From Nitrospirota bacterium (lineage in GTDB: Bacteria; Nitrospirota; UBA9217): DNA of 64,000 bases. The translations under genes were made by a program, and so were the position numbers. Below the pieces are notes generated by a model. The model was not told where the DNA came from, did no database searches, and was given only the letters and a program-made list of their open reading frames with translations. The stretch lies in contig CAVTRN010000001.1 in NCBI GenBank assembly GCA_963737155.1, positions 1,694,702 to 1,758,701 on the forward strand, given 5' to 3'. Shown piece by piece: positions 21,549-31,633 of the stretch (the first letter of the stretch is position 1; each line of letters opens with the position of its first letter).

Positions 21549-21789
21549 AGTACACTTGAAGTTCCTTTCTCAAATTTTGGATAGTCGGACATGCTGTGGA
21601 GGAAAACAGTCTCGTTTTGGTGCTGCTATCATCACATACATGGGATAATGGAGACGCTATGCTAATGATGCGAAAATTAAGGGAAAAATCGCGTAAAATT
21701 TATTACATTCTTTATTTATTCAGCACGTTGGTTTTCCTTTCACTGTTTATTTATTACGGATTCAGGGGAAAATGAGCAATTCGGCTGAG

Positions 21790-22110
21790 CATCTTGCTCT
21801 CAGAAGTCTATTTTCGTTGTAGCGTGCTTGGTCCCTTTGCTGCAGTGTCCATCCATGACCTCGAATAACAGGGATGCATTTCTGGCATCCTGCTGATCCA
21901 ACCTGTCAAAACCCAGTTCATAGATGAGGCGGATGTCGTCTGCGATATACTGCTTAAGCCGTTTATGAAGGCTATCAACAATCTGGCCGGCCTTAAGTGA
22001 GCATGCCGGCGGTAGTAGCTTGTTGTTGCATCGGGAGAGTTGCTGGCAGAAAAGCATGGCTTTGGCTGGCCCAATAGTTCGAGCTCATGTCCGAGGGCGT
22101 TATCATCATG
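21790..22110 (-). pseudogene. IS21 IstB ATPase relic
   Basis: SLHKRLKQY..DDIRLIYELGFDRLDQ...ASLLFEVMDG...TTKIDF (degenerate Walker B region). Confidence 0.65.
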
Positions 22111-22193
22111 TCATGGTTTTGACAACATGGAATTTCTGCTATAATAAAGTGACACTTGAGCAGATGAATAGTTTTATTCACAAACCATTAAAA

Positions 22194-22622
22194 ATGGCAA
22201 GCTTAGCTAAAATATTCTTTAAACTGTCGACCCTTTTATGCCTCATTGTGGCGCTTGCGGGCTGCACTATGATGGGTTTGGCCGTCCCGGCAGCAGTAAG
22301 CGGCTGTACGGTCGGTATTGACTATACATTTACGAACATCGCCTTCAAGACCATCTGTTACCCTGTTGCCAATGTCGAGGCCGGGCTCGACAAGGTGCTT
22401 AAAAAGATGGACATAAAAGAAACGAAGCACAATACAGAGGATAATAAGGTTCACATTTCGGCGGTCACAGACAAACTTGATATTTACATCGACCTTGAGA
22501 AGGTAACGCCGACCGTGACGAGCATCCAAGTTAACGCTAAAAAGGGGATCTTCTTAAAGGACAAAGCCACGGCGACAGAAATTATAGTGCAGACCGAGAA
22601 GTACCTTGAAGTGAAAAAGTGA
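22194..22622 (+). CDS. Lipoprotein, DUF3568-like
   Basis: LAGC lipobox; C-terminal KDKATATEII. Confidence 0.7.
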   Translation: MASLAKIFFKLSTLLCLIVALAGCTMMGLAVPAAVSGCTVGIDYTFTNIAFKTICYPVANVEAGLDKVLKKMDIKETKHNTEDNKVHISAVTDKLDIYIDLEKVTPTVTSIQVNAKKGIFLKDKATATEIIVQTEKYLEVKK

Positions 22623-22819
22623 GGAACCCGCATTAAGAACTCCCGCGGCCTTGTTAACCATCATAATTCCTCTTTGTTTCTATTGTCCCCATGAAGGTTT
22701 ATGTGCATTTTCCTCCCTCAATTGCGTCAGGATTCCCAAAAGCCTCAACCACTGATTGCTATGATTCATAACCGCTTGCAATATCCTGAAAACATAGCAT
22801 TTAATTACAAACCGCTATG

Positions 22820-24402
22820 GAGCTTGTTGCTCAAATGCCAGCGTAGCCGTTTATGATCGCCCATATGGGATAGTGCCAGACTGCAAATGGGGTATCTCTG
22901 CGAAGCACACGGCATGAATCAGCTGTCGTTTTCGTTCTTTATACTGCCATCTGGGCCGCAATCCCTTTGCCGCTTCGCCAAAGCTTCAAGAGATTGTGCG
23001 TCGTGCAGATGAGTTTCCATTCCTGGGAGCAGGCTTCAATCCCTCGGCGCATGTAGTGCCGGATGCCGCGATTGTCTTTAATCTGGCCAAAGATCGGTTC
23101 GACGGTCTGGCCTCGTTTCTTATAAAGCTCTCTGCCCCGCTTGGTCAGGAGCTTCCTCTCCATCCTCTGCCGGAGTGTCAGGCTTTTTGGTATCCTCCCT
23201 TGGGGCGGGGATGATGCGGCGGCCTCTTTACGTTGCTTCCAGTCTTTTTTGGTTGCGATAAGATGTTCGGGACCGTCGGGAGTGATGGCCGCAAAGTTCT
23301 TCTCACTTGCGTAGCCGGCATCGCTCAGAGATATTTCGATCTTCAGTTCTTTTTGCAGGGCGATCTCGTTTAAGCTCTCCTGGGCCTTCTGGATCATGGG
23401 ATGCAGCTGGTTGATGTCGTTTTCCTGGTTCGTGACCTCGGCGGCGATGATGATCTGCTCCTTGGTGACCACGGCCTGGCTGTTGTAGCCCTGAACATAT
23501 CCGCTTCGGGTTTTCATGATCCTGCTGTCCGGATCAGTCATATTGGCCTTCGCTTCCGACGATGGCGTCGGATCAGGCTCCTGAGGTTTGCGGCCCCGTT
23601 TCTTGTTGCCGGTTTCAGCCTCTTGGGCCTGTCGTTCTTCGATCTTTGACTGTTGCTCGGCTGCTGCCTCTGCAGCCTGTTCTTCCAACCGCTTCTTGCA
23701 CGCGGCAAGGCGGGCTCTGCGGCTGGTCCGGTCGGCAAGTTCATCAGGAAGTTCATCGCCGCGTTTGTTTTGGCCGTACTGCCGGTCTTCCTCGGTGTCC
23801 TTGGCCTCCGCTTCATCGAGCATCCTCTTCACTTCCTGCTCGATATGTTCGTACGTGCGGTTGGCTTCCAGGGCTGCGTTAACCTTTATCTTGCTCCTGT
23901 CAAGGGCCACGATGCCGACTTTGACGAGCCCGGCTTCCTTGCAGAGCTTGAGCATCTGTTTGAACAGCCCCTCCAGTGCCTGGCCGTTGTCCTTCCGAAA
24001 TCGGCTGATGGTGCAGTGGTCCGGAACTTGGTTGGCGGCAATTACCTTGAATCCGATGTCCCGTTCGCAAAGCTTCTCGATCTCACGGGATGATCGGATA
24101 CCGAGGCTGTAGGCATATAACAGCAGGAAGACCATCATTGACGGCTCAAAAGCTGCCTGGCCTTTTCCGTCCTGGCGGTATTTTCGGTAGAATGCCGTAA
24201 GATCCATTTCTGCCACGACGTCAAGGACCATCCAAACAAGGTCCTTGGATGGCAGCCACTCCTGCAAGGTGGGCGGCATGAGATATACTTGATCTCGGTT
24301 ACAGTCTTTGAAATTGTAGGCCATCCAGCGTCTCCTTATATGCGTGATGACCAATACTATACTATTCGTATATTAATGTCAAATGATTTATGCAACAGGC
24401 TC
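22820..24402 (-). mobile_element. Complete IS1182-family element
   Basis: IRs GAGCTTGTTGCTCAAAT and GAGCCTGTTGCATAAAT; TATG duplicated at 22816-22819 and 24403-24406. Confidence 0.88.
22939..24324 (-). CDS. IS1182-family transposase
   Basis: SSREIE, PDHCTISRFR, TDPDSRIM, GYNSQ, DAGY and VEPIFGQIK. Confidence 0.95.
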   Translation of the reverse strand: MAYNFKDCNRDQVYLMPPTLQEWLPSKDLVWMVLDVVAEMDLTAFYRKYRQDGKGQAAFEPSMMVFLLLYAYSLGIRSSREIEKLCERDIGFKVIAANQVPDHCTISRFRKDNGQALEGLFKQMLKLCKEAGLVKVGIVALDRSKIKVNAALEANRTYEHIEQEVKRMLDEAEAKDTEEDRQYGQNKRGDELPDELADRTSRRARLAACKKRLEEQAAEAAAEQQSKIEERQAQEAETGNKKRGRKPQEPDPTPSSEAKANMTDPDSRIMKTRSGYVQGYNSQAVVTKEQIIIAAEVTNQENDINQLHPMIQKAQESLNEIALQKELKIEISLSDAGYASEKNFAAITPDGPEHLIATKKDWKQRKEAAASSPPQGRIPKSLTLRQRMERKLLTKRGRELYKKRGQTVEPIFGQIKDNRGIRHYMRRGIEACSQEWKLICTTHNLLKLWRSGKGIAAQMAV

Positions 24403-24629
24403 TATGATGGTGCTCAAATAACGCTACTGCTGGTTAATGTAGTGGATTATCTCCCTGATTCTCCCAAATTCAGTTGTTTGGTTATCGGGATCGTTCACGG
24501 CACCTTTTCAAGTAAACTACTATTAGACATAATGGTTGACAGTTAAAGAAAAGTGACCTGCCCCTTGCAACGTGGGTTATAATTGAGAACCCGTTCTCAA
24601 ATACAGAGCCACAACCAAGGAGGCAGGTC

Positions 24630-25739
24630 ATGAAACATTTTATCACATTCGTCGGACTTGATGTACACAAAGATACCATTGATGTTGCGCTAGCCGAATC
24701 AGGTGACGACAAGGAAGTCCGCCATTACGGAAAAATCGACGGAGACCTTGCGGCATTAGATAAAGCCATCAGGAAGCTCCTGAGTAAAGGCGCGAACCTT
24801 CACTTTGTCTATGAAGCCGGTCCCTGCGGCTATGATATTTATCGTCATCTGACAAAGCAGGGATTTTCGTGCGTCGTGGTAGCCCCCTCCCTGATACCGA
24901 AAAAGAGCGGAGATCGGGTCAAGACTGATCGACGTGATGCAATGAGCCTTGCCCGTTTGTACCGTTCCGGAGAACTGACAGCAGTTTATGTTCCCCGCGA
25001 GGACGACGAGGCCGTGAGGGATTTAAGCCGTGCGCGAGAGGATGCCGTCAACGCATCACGCGTCGCCCGTCAGCGGCTCGCGGCTATGCTTCTGCGGTTG
25101 GGGTACCGGTACAGCAAAACGCTGTGGAGCACAGCCCATTTTAACTGGCTGTCCACGATCAAGATGCCGCATCCGGCGCAGCAGATCGCGTTTCAAGAAT
25201 ATATCCATGCTATCAGGGAATGCAGCGATCGGGTGAACCGCCTGACTGACCAGATACAAAAACTGATTCCGGACTGGAGGCTGGCGCCGGTGGTCAAGGC
25301 CCTGCAATCGCTTCGAGGGGTGTCACTCATGGTCGCCACAACCACGGTAGCCGAGATCGGCGACTTGAGTCGCTTTGCAAATCCGCGCCAGCTTATGGCA
25401 TATCTGGGGTTAGTGCCGTCCGAGCAATCCAGCGGGAAGAAGGAAAAGCGAGGCGGCATCACTAAAACCGGTAATGGGCACGTCAGGCGCGCCCTTGTGG
25501 AGGCAGCGCAAGCATATCATCACCAAGCGCGGGTTAGCAGGATACTGCTTGCACGGCAAGAAGACCTGCCAGATAGCATCCGCAAGATCTCTTGGAAAGC
25601 CCAGGTGAGGCTGTGCGGACGCTTCCGTAAACTGACCGGCCGAGGGAAAACCAGGAACAAGGTCGTGACCGCGATCGCCCGGGAGCTATCCGCCTTCATG
25701 TGGGCTATTGCGAAGGAAGTGCCGATCCAGTACGCATAA
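24630..25739 (+). CDS. IS110/IS1111 DEDD recombinase
   Basis: GLDVHK, YEAGPCG, KTDRRDA and GLVPSEQSSG. Confidence 0.96.
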   Translation: MKHFITFVGLDVHKDTIDVALAESGDDKEVRHYGKIDGDLAALDKAIRKLLSKGANLHFVYEAGPCGYDIYRHLTKQGFSCVVVAPSLIPKKSGDRVKTDRRDAMSLARLYRSGELTAVYVPREDDEAVRDLSRAREDAVNASRVARQRLAAMLLRLGYRYSKTLWSTAHFNWLSTIKMPHPAQQIAFQEYIHAIRECSDRVNRLTDQIQKLIPDWRLAPVVKALQSLRGVSLMVATTTVAEIGDLSRFANPRQLMAYLGLVPSEQSSGKKEKRGGITKTGNGHVRRALVEAAQAYHHQARVSRILLARQEDLPDSIRKISWKAQVRLCGRFRKLTGRGKTRNKVVTAIARELSAFMWAIAKEVPIQYA

Positions 25740-25799
25740 GCATGTTATCAAAGAGCTGAAGACCATAAAGGAGACCATAGACAGCAACTACAAAAAAAT

Positions 25800-25993
25800 A
25801 TCCAAGGCAGAAGCAGGGACGCGGTCGCGTTTAAGGGAGAACCCTCGAACCTACTATGGAATAAGGCAATGCCGAACTTCCGCTACTAGACCGAGGAAGC
25901 TCCCCGGCGAAAACAAGTCATGCGGTCAAACCCGCGCATATCAGAGTGATCAAACGTCGAACAACAGGCCCCGTCTCTGGTTGTGCCTTGGAT
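25800..25993 (+). ncRNA. Predicted bridge/seek RNA of the IS1111-type element
   Basis: Outer stem ATCCAAGGCA/TGCCTTGGAT enclosing two internal-loop hairpins; loop segments match the target and donor junctions. Confidence 0.7.
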
Positions 25994-26261
25994 CAATAAT
26001 GAATACGTGAACCTTTAAAACAAGGGACAGGGAAACTATTTTCTCCTTGACAACTGTCAACCATATCAGTAGGTGGCAGTAAGAATTGCGCTGTCGACAG
26101 GGGTCATGACCTCTTTTGCAATTCATCGATGCTTGGGGAATCCTGTAAGGACCGCAATAAATTACTTAACTGTTTTTAAATCGTGGCTTTTTGCCATGGT
26201 GCTCAGACCGTTCCGGAGAACAAAGCGGCTTCAACACGAGGGACTCTGATGGCCAGTAGTA

Positions 26262-27245
26262 TTATGTGCTATTTTCAAAAAAAACGTTGGCCAGTTCTCT
26301 TGCTTCAGCCACACTCTTGCTGGTCTGGACTTTTGATGCCAGGTGGTGCCCGAATTTATAGTTTTGGGCAAAAAAATGGGTGTATTCCTTAAGTCTGCCA
26401 AGCCGATACTCAGGCCGGAAAAGCTCACTTAAGAGATCGACATAGTTGCCATAAACCGTGGGTAAAGACACCGTCGGCTGCGTAATTTTGCAGCCTAGGA
26501 GATCTCGTGCGATTTCGGCAAACAGCCAGGGTTTAATTGCTGCGCCGCGGCCGAGCATCAGTCCCTCAGCGCCAGAGACGCGCAGACAATTTTTCGCATC
26601 CTCGACAGAGAATATTCCGCCATTAGCGATAACGGGAATTTTGAGCCATTCTTTTACTTTGGCAATACACTCCCACCGCGGCCTTCTGGCAAATGACTCA
26701 TTTTTAAGCCGGGCGTGAATTGAGAGCATATCAATGCCTTCGTCCTCAAGCATGGTGCAGAAGGTTTTTAATTTTTCTTCGTTCAGTTCGACGCCGATTC
26801 GGATTTTTGCCGTAAGGGGCAATGGTGTAAGTTTTCTTGCCTCAGCTACCAGGCAACGGACATGCTGCGGCTGTTCCATCAGTCTGATGCCTGCGCCGAT
26901 CTTGCCGACAGCGGGGGCCGGGCAGCCCATATTCAAGTCAATCACATCGGCTTTGAGTTTATGGAGAGCCTCTATGGCCGGGGCCATTTCCTGAGTTGTG
27001 GAAATCAAGAGCTGATAGGAAAGCGGTTTTTCTGAACTAGTCCTGATCAGGAACGGGGATACTCGAGCGCTTTCCGTGGGCAACCTTTTTGCCGAAAGCA
27101 TTTCCGTAGACAAAAGGCCGATTCCGCCAAAGCCGATAACAATCTGCCGAAGCGCGCTGTGGGTAAGGCCCGCCATGGGTGCCATAAGCAGGGGCGGATT
27201 GATCTGAAGATTCCGAACGTGAATTTGTTGCAGTAATGTTTGCAT
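26262..27245 (-). CDS. tRNA-dihydrouridine synthase family protein
   Basis: MAPMAG, DLNMGCP, KIRIG, IHAR, IANGGI and MLGRG. Confidence 0.92.
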   Translation of the reverse strand: MQTLLQQIHVRNLQINPPLLMAPMAGLTHSALRQIVIGFGGIGLLSTEMLSAKRLPTESARVSPFLIRTSSEKPLSYQLLISTTQEMAPAIEALHKLKADVIDLNMGCPAPAVGKIGAGIRLMEQPQHVRCLVAEARKLTPLPLTAKIRIGVELNEEKLKTFCTMLEDEGIDMLSIHARLKNESFARRPRWECIAKVKEWLKIPVIANGGIFSVEDAKNCLRVSGAEGLMLGRGAAIKPWLFAEIARDLLGCKITQPTVSLPTVYGNYVDLLSELFRPEYRLGRLKEYTHFFAQNYKFGHHLASKVQTSKSVAEARELANVFFENST

Positions 27246-28006
27246 TTAACCCTTTCCGTATAAGGTTTTTTATTCAAGGCAGTTTACTACATGGGCTCTA
27301 GATACCGGAAACTATCTCTTTTCAAAATATGATAAATATTATACACTGTACCTTCATGAACCAATATTCACAACAAAAATAATTCTCACAAGTAAAGCAG
27401 AACCATAAAGAAACCCGGTGTTTCCACGTTGTTGTCGATGAAACGAATCGCAACGCGTGCGTTGTTGACATTTTTCCATTTTTCGGGGCCTGCGTTGCCG
27501 GAGCGAATGTGATTGCAAAGAACACCAAACCTCCGCTCGCAACATAATCGAATATGGCCATACCCTCTAGACGGGTTATGTCGAAAACAACTATCTCGAT
27601 GGAAAGCTGATGGATAGGCCCTCAACAAATCCTTTATTATGAACGACGTAAAGATCGGGAAGCATTACCGCATTGCTCAGGCGGATAGATAGGATACTAC
27701 GGTACACATTGATCATTAATTTCGATACAGGCAGTATCTATTTTCTACGGCGCGGAATTTACCCCAGCATCAAAAAGTCCACCCGTTACTCTTCCATGGC
27801 CCCACGAAGATGCAAAACGGGATATCCAGAAAGCCGTCTATTACGTCTATAATTCCGGGACGCCGGGCAAAGACATGTTAGTAGGGGATTATAATGTAGA
27901 AGTATTCAATTTCAAAAAAACAAGGATTATACGGCGCGCTACTACTAAGGATGTCCTCAACTATTAAGGATGCAAAAGTGCGACGGAGGATTGGTTTTCT
28001 TTCGGC

Positions 28007-29218
28007 ATGAAGATGAAAAAATATATTTTGGCTGGCCTTCTCCTGCTGGGTCTAGCTGCCTGTGTGCGGCCGCCTCTGATCGTTACGAAGCCCGAGGAAG
28101 CACTCTTACCTGTTTCGAGCAGCCAGCTTCCCACGCTGCGGGATGACTTGGACTTCCGGAACCTGGCCGCTTCCGTGCGCTTGAGCCTGGACTATTACAC
28201 CAAGCTCCCTCCTCAGACTCCCATTGTCCTCGGAAGGGATCGCATTACGGCCCTCGACATGGTAGCAACGCTCCACGAGTTTCTCCTGATCATCGAGAAC
28301 AATTCCCTTACTACTGTCCAGAAATTTGATCAAATCAGGGACTCATTTTTATTTTATCGTGCGACCGGATCCAATGGCGGCGGCAGGATGCTGTTCACGG
28401 GATATTATGAACCGACGCTCTCCTGCCGTCCGACAGCTGACGAGACCTTTCGCTATCCGCTTTACCGCAAACCCGATGATATGATCGAAATTGATCTGAG
28501 TCAGTTCGGCGAAGGGTTTCCTTACAACAAAATATTCGGAAGGCTGGACGGGGGAAAAGTAATTCCTTACTATTCTCGTGAGGACATCGACCAGAAGAAG
28601 AAGCTTGCCGGTAAAGGCCTCGAAATTCTCTGGTGCTCAGACAATATCGATATCTATGTTCTCCAGATCCAGGGCTCAGGAAAAGCTGATCTCGGAAATG
28701 GCACCATTCTGAGCGTTCTCTATGGCGGCTCGAACGGCAGGCCCTACAAGAGCATCGGGAAATATCTCATAGACTCCGGAGCCATCATGAAGGAAAAAAT
28801 GTCCATGCAGGCAATCCGCGAGTACCTGCGCTCCCACTTGGACCAGATCGCGGGAGTGCTGGATCATAATCCGAGTTATGTATTCTTCCGGCTCGACACT
28901 GGTCCACCGCTCGGGAGCATCGGCGTGGCTCTCACGCCGTGGAGGTCCATTGCCACAGACAGTAACCTGTTTCCTAAAGGCGCCCTAGGAATCATCTCGT
29001 CTCAGAAGCCGGTGATCGAGAATGGAAGGATCAAATCCTGGGTCCCCTTTACTCGATTTGTGCTGAATCAGGACACGGGTGGAGCAATCAAGGGAGGGGG
29101 CAGGGTGGATTTGTTTTGCGGCCAGGGTCCTGAAGCTGAACTAACGGCCGGGAATCTCCAGCATGATGGCGAGCTGTATTTCCTGGTGAAAAGCAAAGCG
29201 GGCAACAAGAAGGAATAA
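28007..29218 (+). CDS. mltA: Membrane-bound lytic transglycosylase A
   Basis: Lipobox LAAC; FTGYYEP, LQIQGSG, NPSYVFF and QDTGGAIKG.GRVDLF. Confidence 0.95.
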   Translation: MKMKKYILAGLLLLGLAACVRPPLIVTKPEEALLPVSSSQLPTLRDDLDFRNLAASVRLSLDYYTKLPPQTPIVLGRDRITALDMVATLHEFLLIIENNSLTTVQKFDQIRDSFLFYRATGSNGGGRMLFTGYYEPTLSCRPTADETFRYPLYRKPDDMIEIDLSQFGEGFPYNKIFGRLDGGKVIPYYSREDIDQKKKLAGKGLEILWCSDNIDIYVLQIQGSGKADLGNGTILSVLYGGSNGRPYKSIGKYLIDSGAIMKEKMSMQAIREYLRSHLDQIAGVLDHNPSYVFFRLDTGPPLGSIGVALTPWRSIATDSNLFPKGALGIISSQKPVIENGRIKSWVPFTRFVLNQDTGGAIKGGGRVDLFCGQGPEAELTAGNLQHDGELYFLVKSKAGNKKE

Positions 29219-30126
29219 TCGGCAGCAGGCATAGCTGATTACGGATACAGCGCCAGAGGAAGAATGCCGGGGAATTTTCCTGCCCTCTCTTGGAACTCTT
29301 GGTAGTGGCTTTCGTCTGCTCTCCTGTCCCGGGAGCTTGGTAAACTTTGCATAACACTGCTCCCCCTCCGACAATGCTCCTTTGTAACCGTTTCGTTTCC
29401 TCTTCCCGATCCAGTCCAACTCGCTAACTAGACATGCTCGCAATGCTCGTAGGCATAATCACATCGGTTTTGCGGCCAGTGTCGAGACAACAGACTGTCA
29501 GTCAGCGGCAGATCTTTGTATTGGCCTGGTCGGCGAGGTACATGCGTTTGTGAACCGCCAGATGAGCCCCGTCATTCAATGCCAGAGTGGCAATAGCTCC
29601 GGATTCAATGGTGGCAGATATTAAACGACAGCGACAGGGGCGCGTTAGCCGTGGTTCACAGGCTACTGGCATCTTCGCGGAGAGAGGTAAAAAACAGATG
29701 GGGGTTTCAGTCTTCGCAGTCGTGGCTGTTCCACGGAAAAGGGTTGCCGATTCTGAGGGCGTATTCCGAAGCAAGCGTGTTTTTCTTTAGTCGGTTTTCA
29801 CATGGATGAGAATGCTCTGCTTCTTTTCCCAGACCTAAGGCTTTGCTATTAGTAGCTCTCGCCCGAGCAACTGGGGCGGTCCAGGGATGTAAAAAATTAG
29901 CGGGATTCGCATGACCCTCCTGTTTGATGCTGCTCTGCTGTTTTGAATATAATTTAATCTGGTGCGATTAAAGATGTACAGACCGGAGAAATCTGCATGA
30001 AGTACAAAAAACCCGTTTCCTTTGAGGTCGAGGAGGGAAATCGGGAAATTACGGAAGCGGGGGAAAATGCGGTGATTTAAAGTTTGTGGTGAGGAAGCAA
30101 GGGCGGGGGCGGCGAGACAGTACTCG

Positions 30127-30717
30127 CTAGGTCTGTTGGTAGCTCTTGAGGATCGCGGCATAGTCTTCCGGGGTGTCCATGTCGAGGACAACTCCTTTAT
30201 CCCGGACCGGAACGATTTTGACCCGGGCTGGGTCTTTTCGCACTATATTACGAAGCGTGATGCCGGCGAATATTTCATCGATGATGGACCGGGGAAAGAG
30301 GCTCGGGTGGCCACGCCCGTTGTCAAAGGAGGGGATGATGATCGAGTCCGGTGAAGCGCGGTGTTCACTGATGATAACTCTGATCGTCTGGGGGAGAACG
30401 AGAGGATGATCTGAAGGAAAAACGAGGACTGCTGATGAGGGACTGAGTCGCGCCAGCCCCGCACGTATAGATTCAGCCATATCGCTATTTGGATTGTCGT
30501 TAATGGCGATGGACAGGGGAAGGTTCATCAGGGCTTGCGAGATCCTGTTCTCCTCCTTGCCCACGACAACTACAATATCAGTGATTCCCGCGGCGAAGAT
30601 CGCATCAAGACAATGCCTGATGACGGGTTTATCACCGAGCTGGAGAAGTTGCTTTGTCCGGCCCATCCTGCGGGACGAGCCTGCCGCAAGCAGCACGGCC
30701 CAGACGGGCAGCTCCAT
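30127..30717 (-). CDS. mocA: Molybdenum cofactor cytidylyltransferase (MocA-like)
   Basis: LAAGSSRRMG.KQLL, GHP.LF and DMDTPEDY; adjacent to xdhC. Confidence 0.85.
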   Translation of the reverse strand: MELPVWAVLLAAGSSRRMGRTKQLLQLGDKPVIRHCLDAIFAAGITDIVVVVGKEENRISQALMNLPLSIAINDNPNSDMAESIRAGLARLSPSSAVLVFPSDHPLVLPQTIRVIISEHRASPDSIIIPSFDNGRGHPSLFPRSIIDEIFAGITLRNIVRKDPARVKIVPVRDKGVVLDMDTPEDYAAILKSYQQT

Positions 30718-31474
30718 ACTCCCTCCTCTTCTGGATGATCTGGGCCATGACGCTTATGGCGATCTCTTCGGGCGACACGGAGCCGATTGGGAGTCCCACC
30801 GGAATAATGACTCTTTCGATGTCCTCCGGAGAGAACCCGGCATCCGCGAGCGCTTTGAAGAGCAGGGCCTTTTTGCGTTTGCTTCCGATGAGCCCGATAT
30901 AGCGGGCATCGGTCCTGAGTGTCGCTTTGACCGCGTCCAAGTCGTGGTTGTGGCCACGCGTGGCGATGACAACAAAGGTATTTTCGTCACAGGGCATATT
31001 GGCGAATGCCTGCACGAACTCCGTTACAAACAGTTCACTCGCGTCGGGAATGTTTTCCCGATTCGCGAATTCCTGCCGGTCATCGATAACGCTTACCCGG
31101 AATCCTGTGAACCGCGCAAGTTTAGACAGCGCTTTCCCCACATGCCCGGCACCCAGGATGATAAGATGTGGTTCGAGGGCGATCGGCTCGATATAAACCA
31201 GCACGGTACCGCCACACACGAGTCCACCCTCCTGTTCCGTGAGCTCGAAGGGGAGGGTAGTGGGCTTGCCGTCCGCTATTGCCATGATTGCGATCTGCAC
31301 CACATCTGCTTCGAGACAGCCGCCGCCTAGGGTGCCCATGATCGATCCGTCATCGCGCACGAGCATTTTGGCGCCCTGCTTTTGGGGGGAAGACCCCCGG
31401 CATTCCACGATCGTAGCGATCGCCGAGGTCCGGCCCAATCGTTTGAGGCGGAGTGCTTCTTCGAAGATTTGCAT
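30632..31474 (-). CDS. xdhC: XdhC/CoxI family Moco chaperone
   Basis: GSSPQKQGAKM, GTLGGGCLE, GAGHVG, YIGLIGS and PEEIAIS. Confidence 0.92.
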   Translation of the reverse strand: MQIFEEALRLKRLGRTSAIATIVECRGSSPQKQGAKMLVRDDGSIMGTLGGGCLEADVVQIAIMAIADGKPTTLPFELTEQEGGLVCGGTVLVYIEPIALEPHLIILGAGHVGKALSKLARFTGFRVSVIDDRQEFANRENIPDASELFVTEFVQAFANMPCDENTFVVIATRGHNHDLDAVKATLRTDARYIGLIGSKRKKALLFKALADAGFSPEDIERVIIPVGLPIGSVSPEEIAISVMAQIIQKRREYGAARLGRAACGRLVPQDGPDKATSPAR

Positions 31475-31633
31475 GGATTACCTCACATCAGGAAAGTCGA
31501 GTTGTCACACGTGATGCATTTGCAATAATAGCACTCCTTCATATAATCCGTCGGCTATTATCAAAGCATGCCGCATGACGTCAGAAGGATTTTACCAACC
31601 ATCTGCGACGCTTTCCTCTGCGGTCGAAAAATA

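Larger units (their letters stand above)
24525..26069 (+). mobile_element. Complete IS110-family element, IS1111 type
   Basis: Perfect 13-bp subterminal IRs ATGGTTGACAGTT (24532-24544) and AACTGTCAACCAT (26052-26064); AG core at both ends; long 3' non-coding end. Confidence 0.9.
22780..26176 (-). ncRNA. Protein-free copy of the IS607 omega-RNA/right end (mini-IS607), in three pieces: 22780-22819, 24407-24526 and 26070-26176
   Basis: Colinear homology to 57921-58164; hand count about 178/245 identical with one gap. Confidence 0.75.

Noticed and set aside
29220-29800. Possible group II intron or structured RNA relic after mltA
   Set aside because: No domain V or RT motifs recognised; left unexplained.
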